A stretch of 64,000 nt of DNA from Octopus sinensis (Eukaryota), in contig NC_043016.1 in the NCBI RefSeq assembly GCF_006345805.1, forward strand, positions 32,302,001 to 32,366,000. The letters run 5' to 3'. The position numbers were made by a program, and so were the translations under genes. Each line of letters opens with the position of its first letter. The first letter of the stretch is position 1. Of the stretch, positions 37,535-51,224 are shown piece after piece. The notes beneath the pieces are model-generated. The model was not told where the DNA came from. It saw nothing but the letters and a program-made list of their open reading frames with translations, and ran no database searches.

Positions 37535-37940
37535 AGTGACTGTGTGCATATGTGGGAAGTGACTCAGGCTGTTTTAAACATTATATAGAAAAATTGACCA
37601 TTGTTTTTATAAAACACATATATGTTTAAAATTAATGCAAGAAATTGTATACCCGGTTTTTATGGAGTACCCCTGTTAGCTGGTATCAAGTGTATTAATC
37701 CTGTGCTTTGTTTGTTTTCTAGCAAATGGCATTGACTTAGATTCTAACTTTTTCCAAATTTCAGTACAGAGTGCAGACACAACTATAGAAAGGAAAGGTT
37801 AAAAACAAAAGCCTATGAAACCGTTAACATTTAAACTGGTCATATTTGCCCCTAATATTCTGCTTGTTTTATCTCCAAACTGGCCAGATCCAGCCTCTCA
37901 CACCTACCCTACAATATCATTCTAAAAATAAACAAACATA

Positions 37941-38323
37941 GGCGCAGGAGTGGCTGTGTGGTAAGTAGCTTGCTAACCAACCACATGGTTCCGGTTTCAG
38001 TCCCACTGCGTGGCATCTTGGGCAAGTGTCTTCTGCTATAGCCCCGGGCCAACCAATGCCTTGTGAGTGGATTTGGTAGACGGAAACTGAAAGAAGCCTG
38101 TCGTATATATGTATATATATATTTATGTGTGTGTGTCTGTGTTTGTCCCCTTAGCATTGCTTGACAACCGATGCTGGTGTGTTTACGTCCCCATCACTTA
38201 GCGGTTCGGCAAAAGGGACCGATAGAATAAGTACTGGGCTTACAGAGAATAAGTCCCGGGGTCGATTAAAGGCAGTGCTCCAGCATGGCTGCAGTCAAAT
38301 GACTGAAACAAGTAAAAGAGTAA
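37941..38323 (+). mobile_element. Full-length tRNA-derived SINE (family A, the most abundant here)
   Basis: TGGCTGTGTGGTAAG A-box, GGTTTCAGTCCC B-box, CORE-like CTTGGGCAAGTGTCTTC, internal (TA/TG)n, and tail CAGCATGGCTGCAGTCAAATGACTGAAAC. Many further copies or fragments occur across the window. Confidence 0.85.
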
Positions 38324-38368
38324 ACACATCATTAAAATCTCAGAGATTTGAAACAATGCATAATTGAA

Positions 38369-38404
<36 letters not shown>

Positions 38405-39484
38405 ATAATATCAATATCAATATCAATGTTTAAAGTCCACCTTCCATGCTGGCAAGGTTTGGATAGTTTGACTGGAGTCAGATAGGTAAGGAGCCTGCAG
38501 CAGACTTTTGTATCTATTTTGGCATGGTTTTTACAGCTGATTGCCCTTTCTTACGCTGATCACTCAGTAGAGTGGACTGAGTGCTTTTTACATGGCACCA
38601 GCACAAGTGAGGTCAGTCTTGGCAAGGCTTTTACAGCTAAATGACCTTCCAAATGCCAACCACTTAACAGTGTAGACTGAACTATTACTTTTAACAGAAT
38701 AATGTGAATGCTAAAAGTTAACCCTTTTGTTAACATATTTCTTATTTCTTTATTGCCCACAAGGGGCTAAACATAGAGGGGACAAACCAAGACAGACAAA
38801 GGAATAAAGTCGGTTACATTGACCCCAGTGCATAACTGGTACTTAATTTATCAACCCCACAAAGATGAAAGACAAAGTCGACCTCGGCGGAATTTGAACT
38901 CAGAACATAACAGCTGACAAAATACCACTAAGCATTTCACCCGGTGTGCTAACAATTCTGCCAGCTTGCCGCCTAAACATATTTTGTTAATATCTTTCTG
39001 TTGAAATATATTACTGCTTTTGTTTTAATTAATTTTGTAGAATTTTGTAAAATAATTTTACCATTATTGAACTGGTATTCAGAATATAAACTAACATGGA
39101 ATTTTGATGGACGATTTTCATTTAGATCACGAAAAATTTAGTAAAACAACTTTGTCATTATTAAGTTGGCATTTGGAAAATAAATTAACATGTAATTTTT
39201 GATAGAAAGTTTTAATTTAATTCACTTTAAAACAAAGTTTTTATCATAGAAACAGGTGTAGTTTTTTATAGGTTAGTATAAAACAGGTTGAAGATCTTGT
39301 TCAAGATCTTTACAGAAACTTCTACATTACTTTTGTTGTTAAAACACCAGGTTAAACCCTACTGTGTAGACCAATGTTTAAAATCATTCCAGCCCTGACT
39401 AAACAGTTTCTCTTATTCTTTTATTGTTTTCTATCTAGAATTATAATGTTTAATGTATTCTCCCATTATTTTAAAATGACTTAG

Positions 39485-39691
39485 ACAGAGGAGGAAGTGT
39501 AACATCCACTGATCTGTTTTGGGGGTCTCTGAAACTGGTGAGAGGGAGGGAAGTTCCCATGAAAATTTTCAGAATCTCCAAGACTGCTGGGCGAAAGCTA
39601 TCTTCAGACAAAAGATTATGTCTGAATGCTTCTAACAAAAAGGGATTTTTAAAGGTACTTACTGAAGTGCAAAAGGATGGTATTAAACCAG
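39485..39691 (+). CDS. Weak candidate coding exon, product unknown
   Basis: 207 nt in non-repetitive sequence, bounded by ttag| and CAG|gtaaca, phase 1-1, with a single open plus frame (RGGSVTSTDLFWGSLKL...QKDGIKP). The antisense frame is also open and I recognise no homology. Confidence 0.2.
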
Positions 39692-39789
39692 GTAACACAA
39701 TGAAGTGTACCATCCCAGTAGAGGAATGGTTTCTTCAGTCGTCTCCCACATGGGTTTTGTCAACTAAATTTCACTCACAAACCTTTGTT

Positions 39790-40384
39790 CGACTACAAAA
39801 GGTGTTTCATTTCTATTTCTTTTACTGCCCACAAGGGGCTACACACAGAGGGGACAAACAAGGACAGACAAATGGATTAAGTCAATTACATCGACTCCAG
39901 TGCATGACTGGTACTTATTTAATCGACCCTGAAAGGATAAAAGGCAAAGTTGACCTCAACGGAATTTGAACTCAGAACAGCGTGCTAACGTTTCTGCCAG
40001 CTCGCCGCCTTAAAGGTGTTTCATTTCATTAGAACAATGCTGTAGCACACAAGTCCTTGCTTTCAATGGCTGCTGTGTGTAACTGGTTGATCACCATCCC
40101 TATTCACCTGGTTTGGCCCTATCTGACCATCATCTATTCTCCAACATAAACATTAAAAAGACATTTGATTGGGAACCATTATCACAGTGATGATGATGTC
40201 ATATCTGCTGTTGATGTCTTTTATGACTAACAGGATGAAAGCTTCTTCGCCAATGAGATCCAAGAGCTGCAATACCAATGGTGGGTGGGTGGGGGGGGGG
40301 GGCTATGTAAAAAAACCAACCTTATTTGGTCATATTCAACGAGAATATCTTGGTCAGGATATGAACTTTTCAGCTGACTCTTGT
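39790..40384 (+). mobile_element. Mariner (Tc1/mariner) transposase 3' remnant with terminal inverted repeat, interrupted by SINE D
   Basis: FH*NNAVAHKS, HHPYSPGLALSDHHLF (YSPDL motif) and HYHSDDDVISAV..QWW are followed by a TIR-like ATGAACTTTTCAGCTGACTC. The SINE at 39814-40011 is flanked by a 16-bp TSD AAAGGTGTTTCATTTC. Confidence 0.8.
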
Positions 40385-41844
40385 AGAAACTTGACTTTTG
40401 AAATGTAAACCCAAAGTCTCATGCAAGTGGAATCTAATTTGAGCATCATACTTGTAAAGCAAGATGGCAGCTTCAGGTAATTTGAGAGGAATTTAGTTGT
40501 TACTTTGAGTAGATCAAGCAACAATGTAGCAGATTCTTTGTTGACTAGATACTTGTTTAGTAAATAGTAGTGGAGTTGCCATAAAAAAAAAACATTTTTT
40601 AACAGCACCATTACAACTCATTTTTTTGTTTCCTCCTTCTTCTTCTTCTTTGTCTACTCCTCCTCTTCTTCTTCTTCTTTGTCTCCTCCTCCTTCTCCTC
40701 CTCCTCTTCTTCTTCTTCTTCTTCTTTGTCTCCTCCTCCTTCTCCTCCTCCTCTTCTTCTTCTTCTTCTTCTTTGTCTACTCCTCCTCCTCTTCTTCTGA
40801 TTCTTCCATGTCTCCTCCTCCTCTTCTTCTTCTTCTTCTTCTTTGTCTACTCCTCCTCCTCTTCTTCTGATTCTTCTTTGTCTTCTTCACCCCCCCCTGC
40901 TCCCCGTCTTCCTCATTTCCTCCACAATCAGTGGTTGGCTGTACTACAAAGGAAGTTAGCCTGAGCTGGTTTGAATTCAGTTGAACCAAGTAAACAATAG
41001 CACTGACAATTGCACTCACTTCTCACATAGATGACAGAACGAATTATTGAAAACTTTTGATTGATATAGGTGCAGGCATGGCTGTGTGATAAGAAGCCTG
41101 CTTCCCAATCACATGGTTCTGGGTTCAGTCTCACTGTGTGTGCCACCTTGGGCAAGTGTCTTTTACTTTGGCTCCAAGCCAACCAAAGCCTTGTGAGTGG
41201 ATATGGTAGATAGAAGTGGAAGAAGCCTGCCATATATGCATGTGTGTGTGTGTGTTTGTGTGCATGTGTGTATTGTGTATATGTGCGTGTGTTTGTGCTT
41301 ATGTGTACGTATGTGTGTGTTTGTGTGTGCTTGTGTCTGTATTTGTTCTCTAACACTGCTTGACAACTGATGTTGGTGTGTTAATCTTCCTATAACTTAA
41401 CAGTTCAGCAAAAGAGACTGATAGAACAAATGCCAATCTTTTAAAAAAATAAGTACTAGTGTTGATTCTTCAACTAAAGATTCTTCAAGGTGGTGCTCCA
41501 GCAAGGCCACAGTCTACTGACTGACACATACAAAACAACAATAAACGATAAAAGAACTCGGATTATCCATGCAAAAGATTTCCCAGGACAGATTAAAAAA
41601 TCTGGGAAAATAAAAAACAAAGAAAATAGCAAAATCAGTCATCATCATCATCATCATCACCATCATCATCATCATTTAAAATCCATTTTCCTTGCTGGCA
41701 TGGGTTAAATGGTTTGAATTGAGCTGGTAAGCCGGAGAGCTGCACAAGACTCCAGTCGCCTGTTTTGCCTTGGTTTCTATAGCTGAATGCCCTTCTTAAC
41801 ACCAACCACTTTACAAAATGTACTGGATGTCTTTAACGTGTAAC

Positions 41845-42323
41845 TGGCATGGGTACCCTTTTACATGTCACTGGCACAGGGACCTTTTATGTGCCACCAG
41901 CACAGGTGCCTTTCACATGACACCTGTACTGGCCATAACTTCACTTAGCTTGATACATCTCACACAGCAAATCACTGTACTTTTTATCCCAGATCATATG
42001 TGGAAGCTAAAATGATTGCAGCACGGAATGCATGTGTCAGCCATTCCAAAACACGTAAAGACCTTGAACTTCAGCTAAACACGTGGCATGGGTACCCTTT
42101 TACATGTCACCGGCACAGGGACCTTTTATGTGCCACCAGCACAGGTGCCTTTCACATGACACCTGTACTGGCCATAACTTCACTTAGCTTGATACATCTC
42201 ACACAGCAAATCACTGTACTTTTTATCCCAGATCATATGTGGAAGCTAAAATGATTGCAGCACGGAATGCATGTGTCAGCCATTCCAAAACACGTAAAGA
42301 CCTTGAACTTCAGCTAAACACGT
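41845..42323. repeat. Near-perfect tandem duplication, 2 x ~239 bp
   Basis: TGGCATGGGTACCCTTTTAC at 41845 and 42084, with about 1 mismatch. Confidence 0.9.
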
Positions 42324-42761
42324 ATCGTTTGTAATATAATGTCAAAATTTTCATCACTCAAAACTACAAACATGTCACTGACAACATAGTTGCACTTCTG
42401 TTTTGAGTGACAGCGATTTTAACACCTTATTATTTATAAACAATAAATGTCTCAGTGAAGTTAAGTTGTTGTTTTTGTTTTTTTTCGAGTGGGTATGTGA
42501 CTTCCGTGCTACAGTCATCCTATTCATTTATTCTTTTATTTGTTTCAGTCATTTGACTGTGGCCATGCTGGAACACCACCTTTAGTCGATCAAATCGACC
42601 CCAGGACTTATTCTTTGTAAGCCTAGTACTTAGTCTAACGGTCACTTTTGCTGAACTGCTAAGTTACGGGGGACGTAAACACACCTGCATCAGTTGTCAA
42701 GCGATGTTGCAGGGGACAAACACAGACACACACATACACACACACACACCACACACACACA

Positions 42762-42811
<50 letters not shown>

Positions 42812-42927
42812 GTATATGCATACATACATATATATCAATAATAATAGTGATTGCTTCTTATTAGGAACAAGAGGGTTAATAGAACTGCAAGAGAAATGCT
42901 CAAGTAAATGGGACGAGTATAACAATT

Positions 42928-44123
42928 TTTGGTTGTAGAATAAACAACAAATTTAAGGTCATCCACTTAACATATCACATCTCGAACATTTAATCACATA
43001 TAAAGAAACATAATGCTTTTTCTTATACATAGAATACAGATGCACAAAATTACAAAAGATGAAACAATATTTCATTTAGACAAGCATATAGAAAAAAGTG
43101 AGTACAGTCTATCGCAATATAAAAAATTCTAAAAATTAATACTTCAGCATCTAAAAAATTTTTTTTACATTATAAAACCTAGAATAATAAATATATAAAA
43201 ATATAAAAATACGTATATATAAGAAACATATAAATACATAAGGTATAGATAAAAGTTCATCAATTAAGAATTTTTTATGATTAAAATTTACTTTTTAAGA
43301 TAAAAGGAAACCTTTTAAGAAAAGCCAGTGTCCAAGCAAATAAAACCATAATTACAGTCCCTATGGCCATTTCAGCGGTTCATCAATGTAGCCCATGCAC
43401 GAGGGTGCATTACAGTAATGACTCCTTCATCAGGGGAAAATAATAATACCGCATATCAAGATGAGAAATCCTTGGGAAAAGCGATGCAACATTGCGGTTT
43501 TTTTTTTGCTTGGACACTGGCTTTTCTTAAAAGATTTTCTTTTATATTAAAAAGTAACTTTTAATTGTAAAAAATTCTTAATCGATGAACTTTTATCTAT
43601 ACCTTATGTATTTATATGTTTCTTATATATGTGTATTTTTATATATTTATTATTCTAGGTTTTATAATATTAAAAAAATTTTTTTAGATGCTGAAGTATT
43701 AATTTTTAGAATTTTTTATATTGCGATAGACTGTACTCACTTTTTTCTATATGCTTGTCTAAATGAAATATTGTTTCATCTCCTGTGATTTTGTGCATCT
43801 GTATTCTATGTATAAGAAAAAGCATTATGTTTCTTTATATGTGATTAACCCTTTCGTTACTGTATTTATTTTGAGATGCTCTGTGTTTCTTTCAATTATT
43901 TTAAATATAACAAAGAATTTAGTAAAATAACTTAGTTATCATTCAGCTAGTGTTAGGTATATAAATTGCGACTAAGATTTTAATGCAAAACTTATGAAAA
44001 CAAGACATTTGTACTACAGAGTCAGAGCCAGTTTTAGCCGGGTTGGTAACGAAAGGGTTAAATGTTCGAGATGTGATATGTCAAGTGGATGACCTTAAAT
44101 TTGTTGCTTGTTCTACAACCAAA
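42928..44123. mobile_element. Foldback/MITE element with ~410-bp AT-rich inverted arms
   Basis: Left arm ~42928-43340, ~160-bp spacer, right arm ~43503-43848 plus 44058-44123. The outer ends are approximate. Confidence 0.8.
43849..44057. mobile_element. piggyBac-type MITE (209 bp)
   Basis: Perfect 12-bp TIR CCCTTTCGTTAC and TTAA duplicated on both sides. The sister arm shows a single TTAA (CGAACATTTAATCAC). Confidence 0.9.
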
Positions 44124-44137
44124 GTTAGTTACATACA

Positions 44138-44180
<43 letters not shown>

Positions 44181-45398
44181 GTATATATGTATATATACGA
44201 TAAACTTCTTTCAGTTTCTGTCTACCAAATCCAATCACAAGGCTTTGGTAGGCCCGAAGCTATAGCTGATCTTGAGAAAGTCTCATCTCTGTTGAGACTC
44301 TTGCTTTTGGTTTTCTACAATCCTCTTTGCTTTATAGTTGTTTCTGGAGAGATTACATCTTTTCTTTGGTAGCATCTTTCAATAATGTAAACAAAAAATT
44401 GTGAACATAGAAAAAAATTATACATTAAACTCTTATTTAGTTGTATGTATGTAGTATGAACAATATTATAGTCTTATCAAATGTGAAAGAATAAAAGTGA
44501 AACAATATTATAGTGTTATCAAAAGTGAAACAATATTACACCACTAAAAAAAAAAATTCGAAGAGTCGTATAGTGGGTGGGGTGCAGCCCCCTATATGGG
44601 CAAGGGCCAAAATTTGACCCCTTAGAATCTTCCCGAGTAATGAAAAACCTTCATGCCAAATTTGGTATTATACCATTGAAAAAAAAGTTTAAAAAGTCAT
44701 ATAGTGGTGGGGGCTACAGACCCCTATATAGGCTAGGGCCAAAATTTGATGCTCCTAGAACCTTCCCGGAATAATGAAAAATCTTCATACCAAATTTGGT
44801 ACAGATTGATTCACTGGTTTGGGCGTGCACAGTGAATTTCATAATATATCAGATCAGATCATATATATATATATATACACACACTCATACACACACATAC
44901 ACACACACACAAATACACAGAAGAATAATCACACTCTGTTACTCTTTTACCTCTTATTCATCTGTTACTTGTCAGAGTCATTATTCTACCAAATCCACAC
45001 AGAAAGTTTTGATCAGCTTGTCCAAGGTGCTGCAGAGTTGGATTGAACCCAAGACCGGCCACATCCACATGGGGTTGAACCTGATATGGCATAAGCAATG
45101 TAGGCTTTTTGCCCATGCAAATGTTTCTATGCTTCCATGGGAATATGTCTTTATAAACACATTCTTTTATTCTTTTACTTGTTTCAGTCATTTGACTGCA
45201 GCCATGCTGGAGCACTGCCTTGAAGGGTTTTAGTTGAAGAAATTGACCCCAGGACTTATTCTTTGTAAGCCTAATATTTATTCTATCAGTTTCTTTTGCC
45301 GAATTGCTAAGTTACAGGGACATAAACACATCAGCATCGGTTGCCAAGCAATGGTAGGACAAAAACAGACACAAAGACACAAACATAAATATATATAT

Positions 45399-45429
<31 letters not shown>

Positions 45430-45433
45430 ATAA

Positions 45434-45514
<81 letters not shown>

Positions 45515-45519
45515 CTTAT

Positions 45520-45551
<32 letters not shown>

Positions 45552-46299
45552 ATATATATACACATATGTGAAGGCACAGGGCTCAGTGGTTAGAGTGTCG
45601 AGCTTACGATTGCGAGGTTGTGAGTTTGAATCCCAGACCAGGCTGTGTGTTGTGTTTTTGAGCAAGACACTTTATTTCACGTTGCTCCACTTCACTCAGC
45701 TGTAGAAATGAGTTGTGACGTCACGGTGCCAAGCTGTATCAGCCTTTGCCTTTCCCTTGGATAACCCTGCGACATGGTGAGGAGAGGCTGGTATGCATGG
45801 GCGGCTGCTGGTCTTCCATAAACAACCTTGCCTGGGAGGGTAATTTCCTAGGTGCAATCCCATGGTCAGTCATGACCAAAGGGAGTCTCAGCATATATAT
45901 ATATATATATGTGTATATAAACAATGGGCTTTCAGTTTCCATCTACAAAATCCACTCACAAGGCTCTGGTCTGCCCGAAGCTATAGTAAAAGACATTTGC
46001 CCAAGGTGCCACGCTGTGAAATGAGAACCCGGAACAATGTGGTTGGGAAGCAAGCTTCTTATCACACAGCTACACCTGTATATTTATAAAATTAAACAAC
46101 AACAACAACAACAACAACAAGCTTAACAACAACAAGCAAACAATAACTAATGAAAATGTTTTTCTTGTTTTTTAATTAGAAATAATTAAATATGAATTAA
46201 ATTTAGAGTGAGTGATGACAAGAAATAGGAAAGTTTGCCAATAAAAGTTTGTTCTGAGTAAACAAAATAAACAAAAAGACAACTGAGCTGCTTATTATT

Positions 46300-46319
46300 A
46301 TTATTTTTTATTATTATTA

Positions 46320-46359
<40 letters not shown>

Positions 46360-46533
46360 GATTGCTATTATCATCATCATCATCATCATCATCATCACCA
46401 TCATCATCACCATCATTATCATCATCATACCCCCTCATCTCATCATCATCACCATCCATAATCATCCCCATCATCATCGTCATCGTCATCTTCACCGTCA
46501 TCATCATCATCATCATCATTATTATTATTATTA

Positions 46534-46568
<35 letters not shown>

Positions 46569-46691
46569 CATCATCATTATTATTATTATTATTATTATTA
46601 CTATTATTATTATTATTATAATTATTATTATTATTATTATTATTACTATTATTATTACTATTATTATAATTATTATTATTATTATTATTAA

Positions 46692-46729
<38 letters not shown>

Positions 46730-46952
46730 TGTGAGCTGACAGAATCATTAGTATGCTGGATGAAATGCTTAGTGGTATTTCAGCTGTTGTTACATTCTGA
46801 GTTCAAATTCCACCAAGGTCAACTATGCCTTCCATCCTTTCAGGGTCGACGAAATATGTACCAACCAATTTCTGGGGTCAATGTATCGACTAACCCTTTC
46901 CAACAAATTTTAGGCCTTGTGTCTATACTAGAAAGGATTATTATTATTATTA

Positions 46953-46999
<47 letters not shown>

Positions 47000-47040
47000 G
47001 TTATTATTATTATTATTATTTTATATTATTATTATTATTA

Positions 47041-47075
<35 letters not shown>

Positions 47076-47104
47076 TTATATTATTATTATTGTTATTATT
47101 GTTA

Positions 47105-47139
<35 letters not shown>

Positions 47140-47260
47140 TCATATTATTATTATTATATTATTATTATTGTTATTATTATTATTATTATTTATTTTATAT
47201 TGTTATTATTGTTATTATTGTTATTGTTATTATTGTTATATTATTATATTATTAATTATT
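46300..47260. repeat. ~1-kb (ATT)n/(ATC)n microsatellite tract with an embedded SINE D
   Basis: Trinucleotide repeats that are the source of the poly-I/L/Y ORFs. Confidence 0.9.
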
Positions 47261-48469
47261 CTTGTTAAGAATTGTTTATTATACAAACAGCCATTTGCAT
47301 TAGTAATTGTAGTCGCAACAACGACAGCAGCGATTTGAACAGCAATAGCCATGTCATTAACAAAAACAACTGTAATATTAACCCTCTTCTACTACTGACT
47401 GCCACTACTACTACTACTACTACCACCACCACCACCACCATCACCCCTCAAACCACCACCGTCATCATGACCAAACTACCACCACTGCCACCTCCACTAC
47501 TAATACTACTACTACTACTACCACCACCATCACCAACAGCATCAACTCCACCCTACCCCCATCAAACTACGACCACTACTACTACTATGGCCCCCCCACC
47601 AGTGCCACCTCAAGAACAACATCTATGGAATCCAATCAAATGGCCACCACTACAGCATAGTATTGTATCAAGATAGAAACAAATTAACATATGCAGCATA
47701 CACGTATCAGGTTGTGATTGTTTAGCCCTAGGCCAGCCATGGTTTCATAGCTGTGACCTTGTTATCTTACCCTCCAGGCAAAGTGTAGTTTATATTTAAA
47801 GTCCCATAGTCCAAAGTGAATCTGTCAATTTTTTTTTTGATTTTTTCTTTTGTTTTTGTTAAAGACAGTAAGGGTGTAATCTAAGAGAGATTTAGCTGTT
47901 GTTTCTAGCGTGTTAACTGAGCACATAGACACATCGTTGTCTATGTCAATAATTTCTCCCAACGCTTTTATGCCCCACCCCCCACCGCACAACCTAAGAA
48001 ACGTTTGATTAATTTTCGCACCCCTTACAAAACTAATATCACATTTGAAGATGGAAAGGGGGGTGGGTGAGAGAGAAAAAACACAGGAAAAACAAAACGT
48101 AAAAAAAGGGGGGGGGAAAAATCAATTTTCTAATAACTAATTTATTTTCTAAATTGAACCACATATTGTTCGCTCACTGTATTGTGGGTGAATAAATTGA
48201 ACTAAAAAAAAAAAAAAATTAAGCTTTTGATTCAGTGTATAAAATGCTAATGTAAACTTAGAATTCGGAAAGAAGGAAAGAAAAAAAAAGAAGAAGAAAA
48301 CAAAGCAATAAACAGTGAAATCATTCACAACTGTGAACAAAGTTCAACGTCTTCTTTGTTCCTGCTTTTCATTCATGACTTTATTCAATTACAGAACTTT
48401 GCTGTTGATTGCAATCCACAGATCTGCTTGTGGGTTTAGGCAGTTCCTAGATTTTTGTCGTGGTGAAGG

Positions 48470-49530
48470 TGTGTGGGCTTAATGGTTAGGGTATTCAACT
48501 TGTGATTATAAGGTCGTGAGTTCAATTCCCAGCGATGTGTTGTGTCCTTGAACAAGACGCTTTATTTCACATTAGTCCAGTCCACTCAACTGGCAAAAAT
48601 AAGTTGTACCTGTATTTCAAAGGACCAACCTTGTAATACTCTGTGTCAGTGCTGAATCTCCCTGAGAATTACGTTAAAGGTACATGTGTCTGTGGAGTAC
48701 TCAGCCACTTGCTTATTAATTTCACGAGCAAGCTGTTCCATTGATCATATCAAACGGAACCCTCTTTTGGGGATGCATGGCTCATGGTCAGGAGATTCGG
48801 CACCCGATCATAAGATCATGAGTTTGATTCCCAAGAGTACATTGTATCCTTGAGCAAGACACTTTATTTCACATTGTTTCTAGTCCATTGAGCTGGCAAA
48901 AAATGAGTCATACCTGTATTTCAAAGGGCCAGCCTTGTCACGCACTCTGTGCCATGCTGAATCTCCGTGAGAACTACGTTAAGGGCACACGTGTCTGTGG
49001 AGTACTCAGCCACTTGCACATTAATTTCACAAGCAGGCTGTTCCATTGATCATATCAAACAGGACCCTCTTTGTGAAGATGCATGGCTTAATGGTTAGGG
49101 GTATTAGGCCCATGGTTGTTAGATCCTGAGTTTAATACTTGGCAACACATTGCATCCTTGAGCAAGACCCTTTATTTCACATCGTTCCAGTCCACTCAGC
49201 TCGCAAAAATGAGTTGTACCTATTTTTCAAAAGGACCAGCCTTGTCACTCTCTGTGTCATGTTGGATCTCCTTAAGTACCATGTTAAGGGTACATGTGTC
49301 TGTGGAGTACTCAGCCACTTGCATGTTAATTCCATGAGTAGGCTGTTCCATTGATTGGATCAGCTGGAACCCTTTCAAACAGTCAAACTCATTACATTCT
49401 GTGTCATCCTGAATCTCCCTGAGAACTATGTTAAGGTCATGCATGACTGTGAAGTACTCAGCCATTTGCACGTTAATTTCACAAGCAGGCTGTTCCGTTG
49501 ATCAAATCATGTAGGACCCATGTTGTCATT
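48470..49530 (+). mobile_element. Head-to-tail array of three ~303-bp SINEs plus an extra tail
   Basis: tRNA-like heads at ~48470, ~48770 and ~49075, each followed by the TTGAGCAAGAC core and GTGGAGTACTCAGCCAC tail. The units have diverged from each other. Confidence 0.8.
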
Positions 49531-49843
49531 ACTGAAAGAGTACCAGTAGATTTTGTCTTGATTGACAAAAGCAAACCAAATCTAGATTCACCTTTAGTCT
49601 ATCATCACAAATAGAATAAGGACACAAGTTGTGGTTCATAACTTCTTAAATCTCCAGGTGTTGGATGATTAAGTTATTCTTGCGCTTAATAGACTAAAGT
49701 AAACCTTCAGCTTGTTTCAGTCATTAGACTGCAGCCATGCTGAAGCAGTGCCTTGAAGAAATTTTAGTTGGATGAATTGAACCCAGTACTGTCTGTTTGA
49801 CTGTATCTGTCTATCTTTCTGGCTGTCTCTGTCTGTCTGTCTG

Positions 49844-49883
<40 letters not shown>

Positions 49884-50859
49884 TCTCTCTCTCTCTCTCT
49901 CACTCTCTCTCTCTCTACAGCTGGGGAAGCTATACATTCACCCCTTCAGCAAGACACCTCTTTCTGCCCCTCTATCATACTTTTACATCTTTCAATACTA
50001 TGTTTCACTCAATTGAGGAGTGGGAGGTGGGGGTCTTGTCTTGTGAGTATTTGATTACCTCACTGGTGCTGGTATTATAAAAATAGCATCTAATACACCC
50101 TGTAAAGGGTGTATAAGGAAGGGCATCAAGCTGTAGCAACTATGTGCAAACAATGGAGCTTGGCACAGCCCTCTGGCTCTTTGACTCTTGTAAAACCGTC
50201 CACCTCTTACCACCTTGGAAATGAGGATATATAAATGCATATGATGGTCACTCCCATCGATTTCAATGTAGGATTGTTTGAAGGAGAGGATTTAAATAGA
50301 AAAAAGAAAAGGCAGCTTTAGAAATAAAAGTATGCTGCATCTATTTCTGATGGATGTGTGAATGTAATTTGAATCCAGCTATGGATTTTGCTATGAAATC
50401 ACAATGTGAACAATGATGATTCTGATTTTCCTGGGATTGGGCAGATATGTCCAACCAAATTGTTTTGATGCCTTATGACACATTTTACACCACGAAGATC
50501 GATCTAGGCAATGGCTTTCCCAAGATGTCAAATTAAGCTGTAGAGACTTTAAGTGATTGCTTCAGTTTATCCTTATATCTAAGGACGGGTCTTCCTTTAC
50601 CGTGGTATCCCTGTACTACCTGTTAACCATACAAACAAATTTTCAGAATGCAGTCATCTTTTGTTCAAACATGTCCTATCCATCTGCACTGAATTCTCGG
50701 CAGCATGCTTTTGATACGGGTGATATCACATTTTCCTAAGACTTTGACATTTGATATCATGCAATTGAATGTTGCAGATATCGCATACATACATACATAC
50801 ATACATACATACATACATACATACATACGTACTTATGTATGTATCTATATGTATATGTG

Positions 50860-50922
<63 letters not shown>

Positions 50923-50963
50923 ATATAAATGTACACTAATACAAGTGAGTTTGATTTGGATCC

Positions 50964-51083
50964 ATGTGACTTTCAGTTTTGTGAGCTTCTAGCAGAAACC
51001 CATCTCTTTCCGGCTCACCATTTCATAGCATAAGTCTGAAAGAGACGGGTTTCGCTAGAAGCTCACAAAACTTAAAGTCACAT
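50964..51083. repeat. Small MITE-like inverted repeat
   Basis: Arms of about 46 bp (ATGTGACTTT...CTCTTTC) with about 3 differences and a 27-bp spacer. Confidence 0.8.
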
Positions 51084-51147
51084 CAAACTGTTTTAAATAA
51101 TGTATTTACATTTATTATATAGATAATATATATATATTATAATATTA

Positions 51148-51224
<77 letters not shown>

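Noticed and set aside
39590-39640. LLSEDSFRPAVLEILK as kinase subdomain XI
   Set aside because: The D-to-R spacing is one residue short and there are no other kinase motifs nearby.
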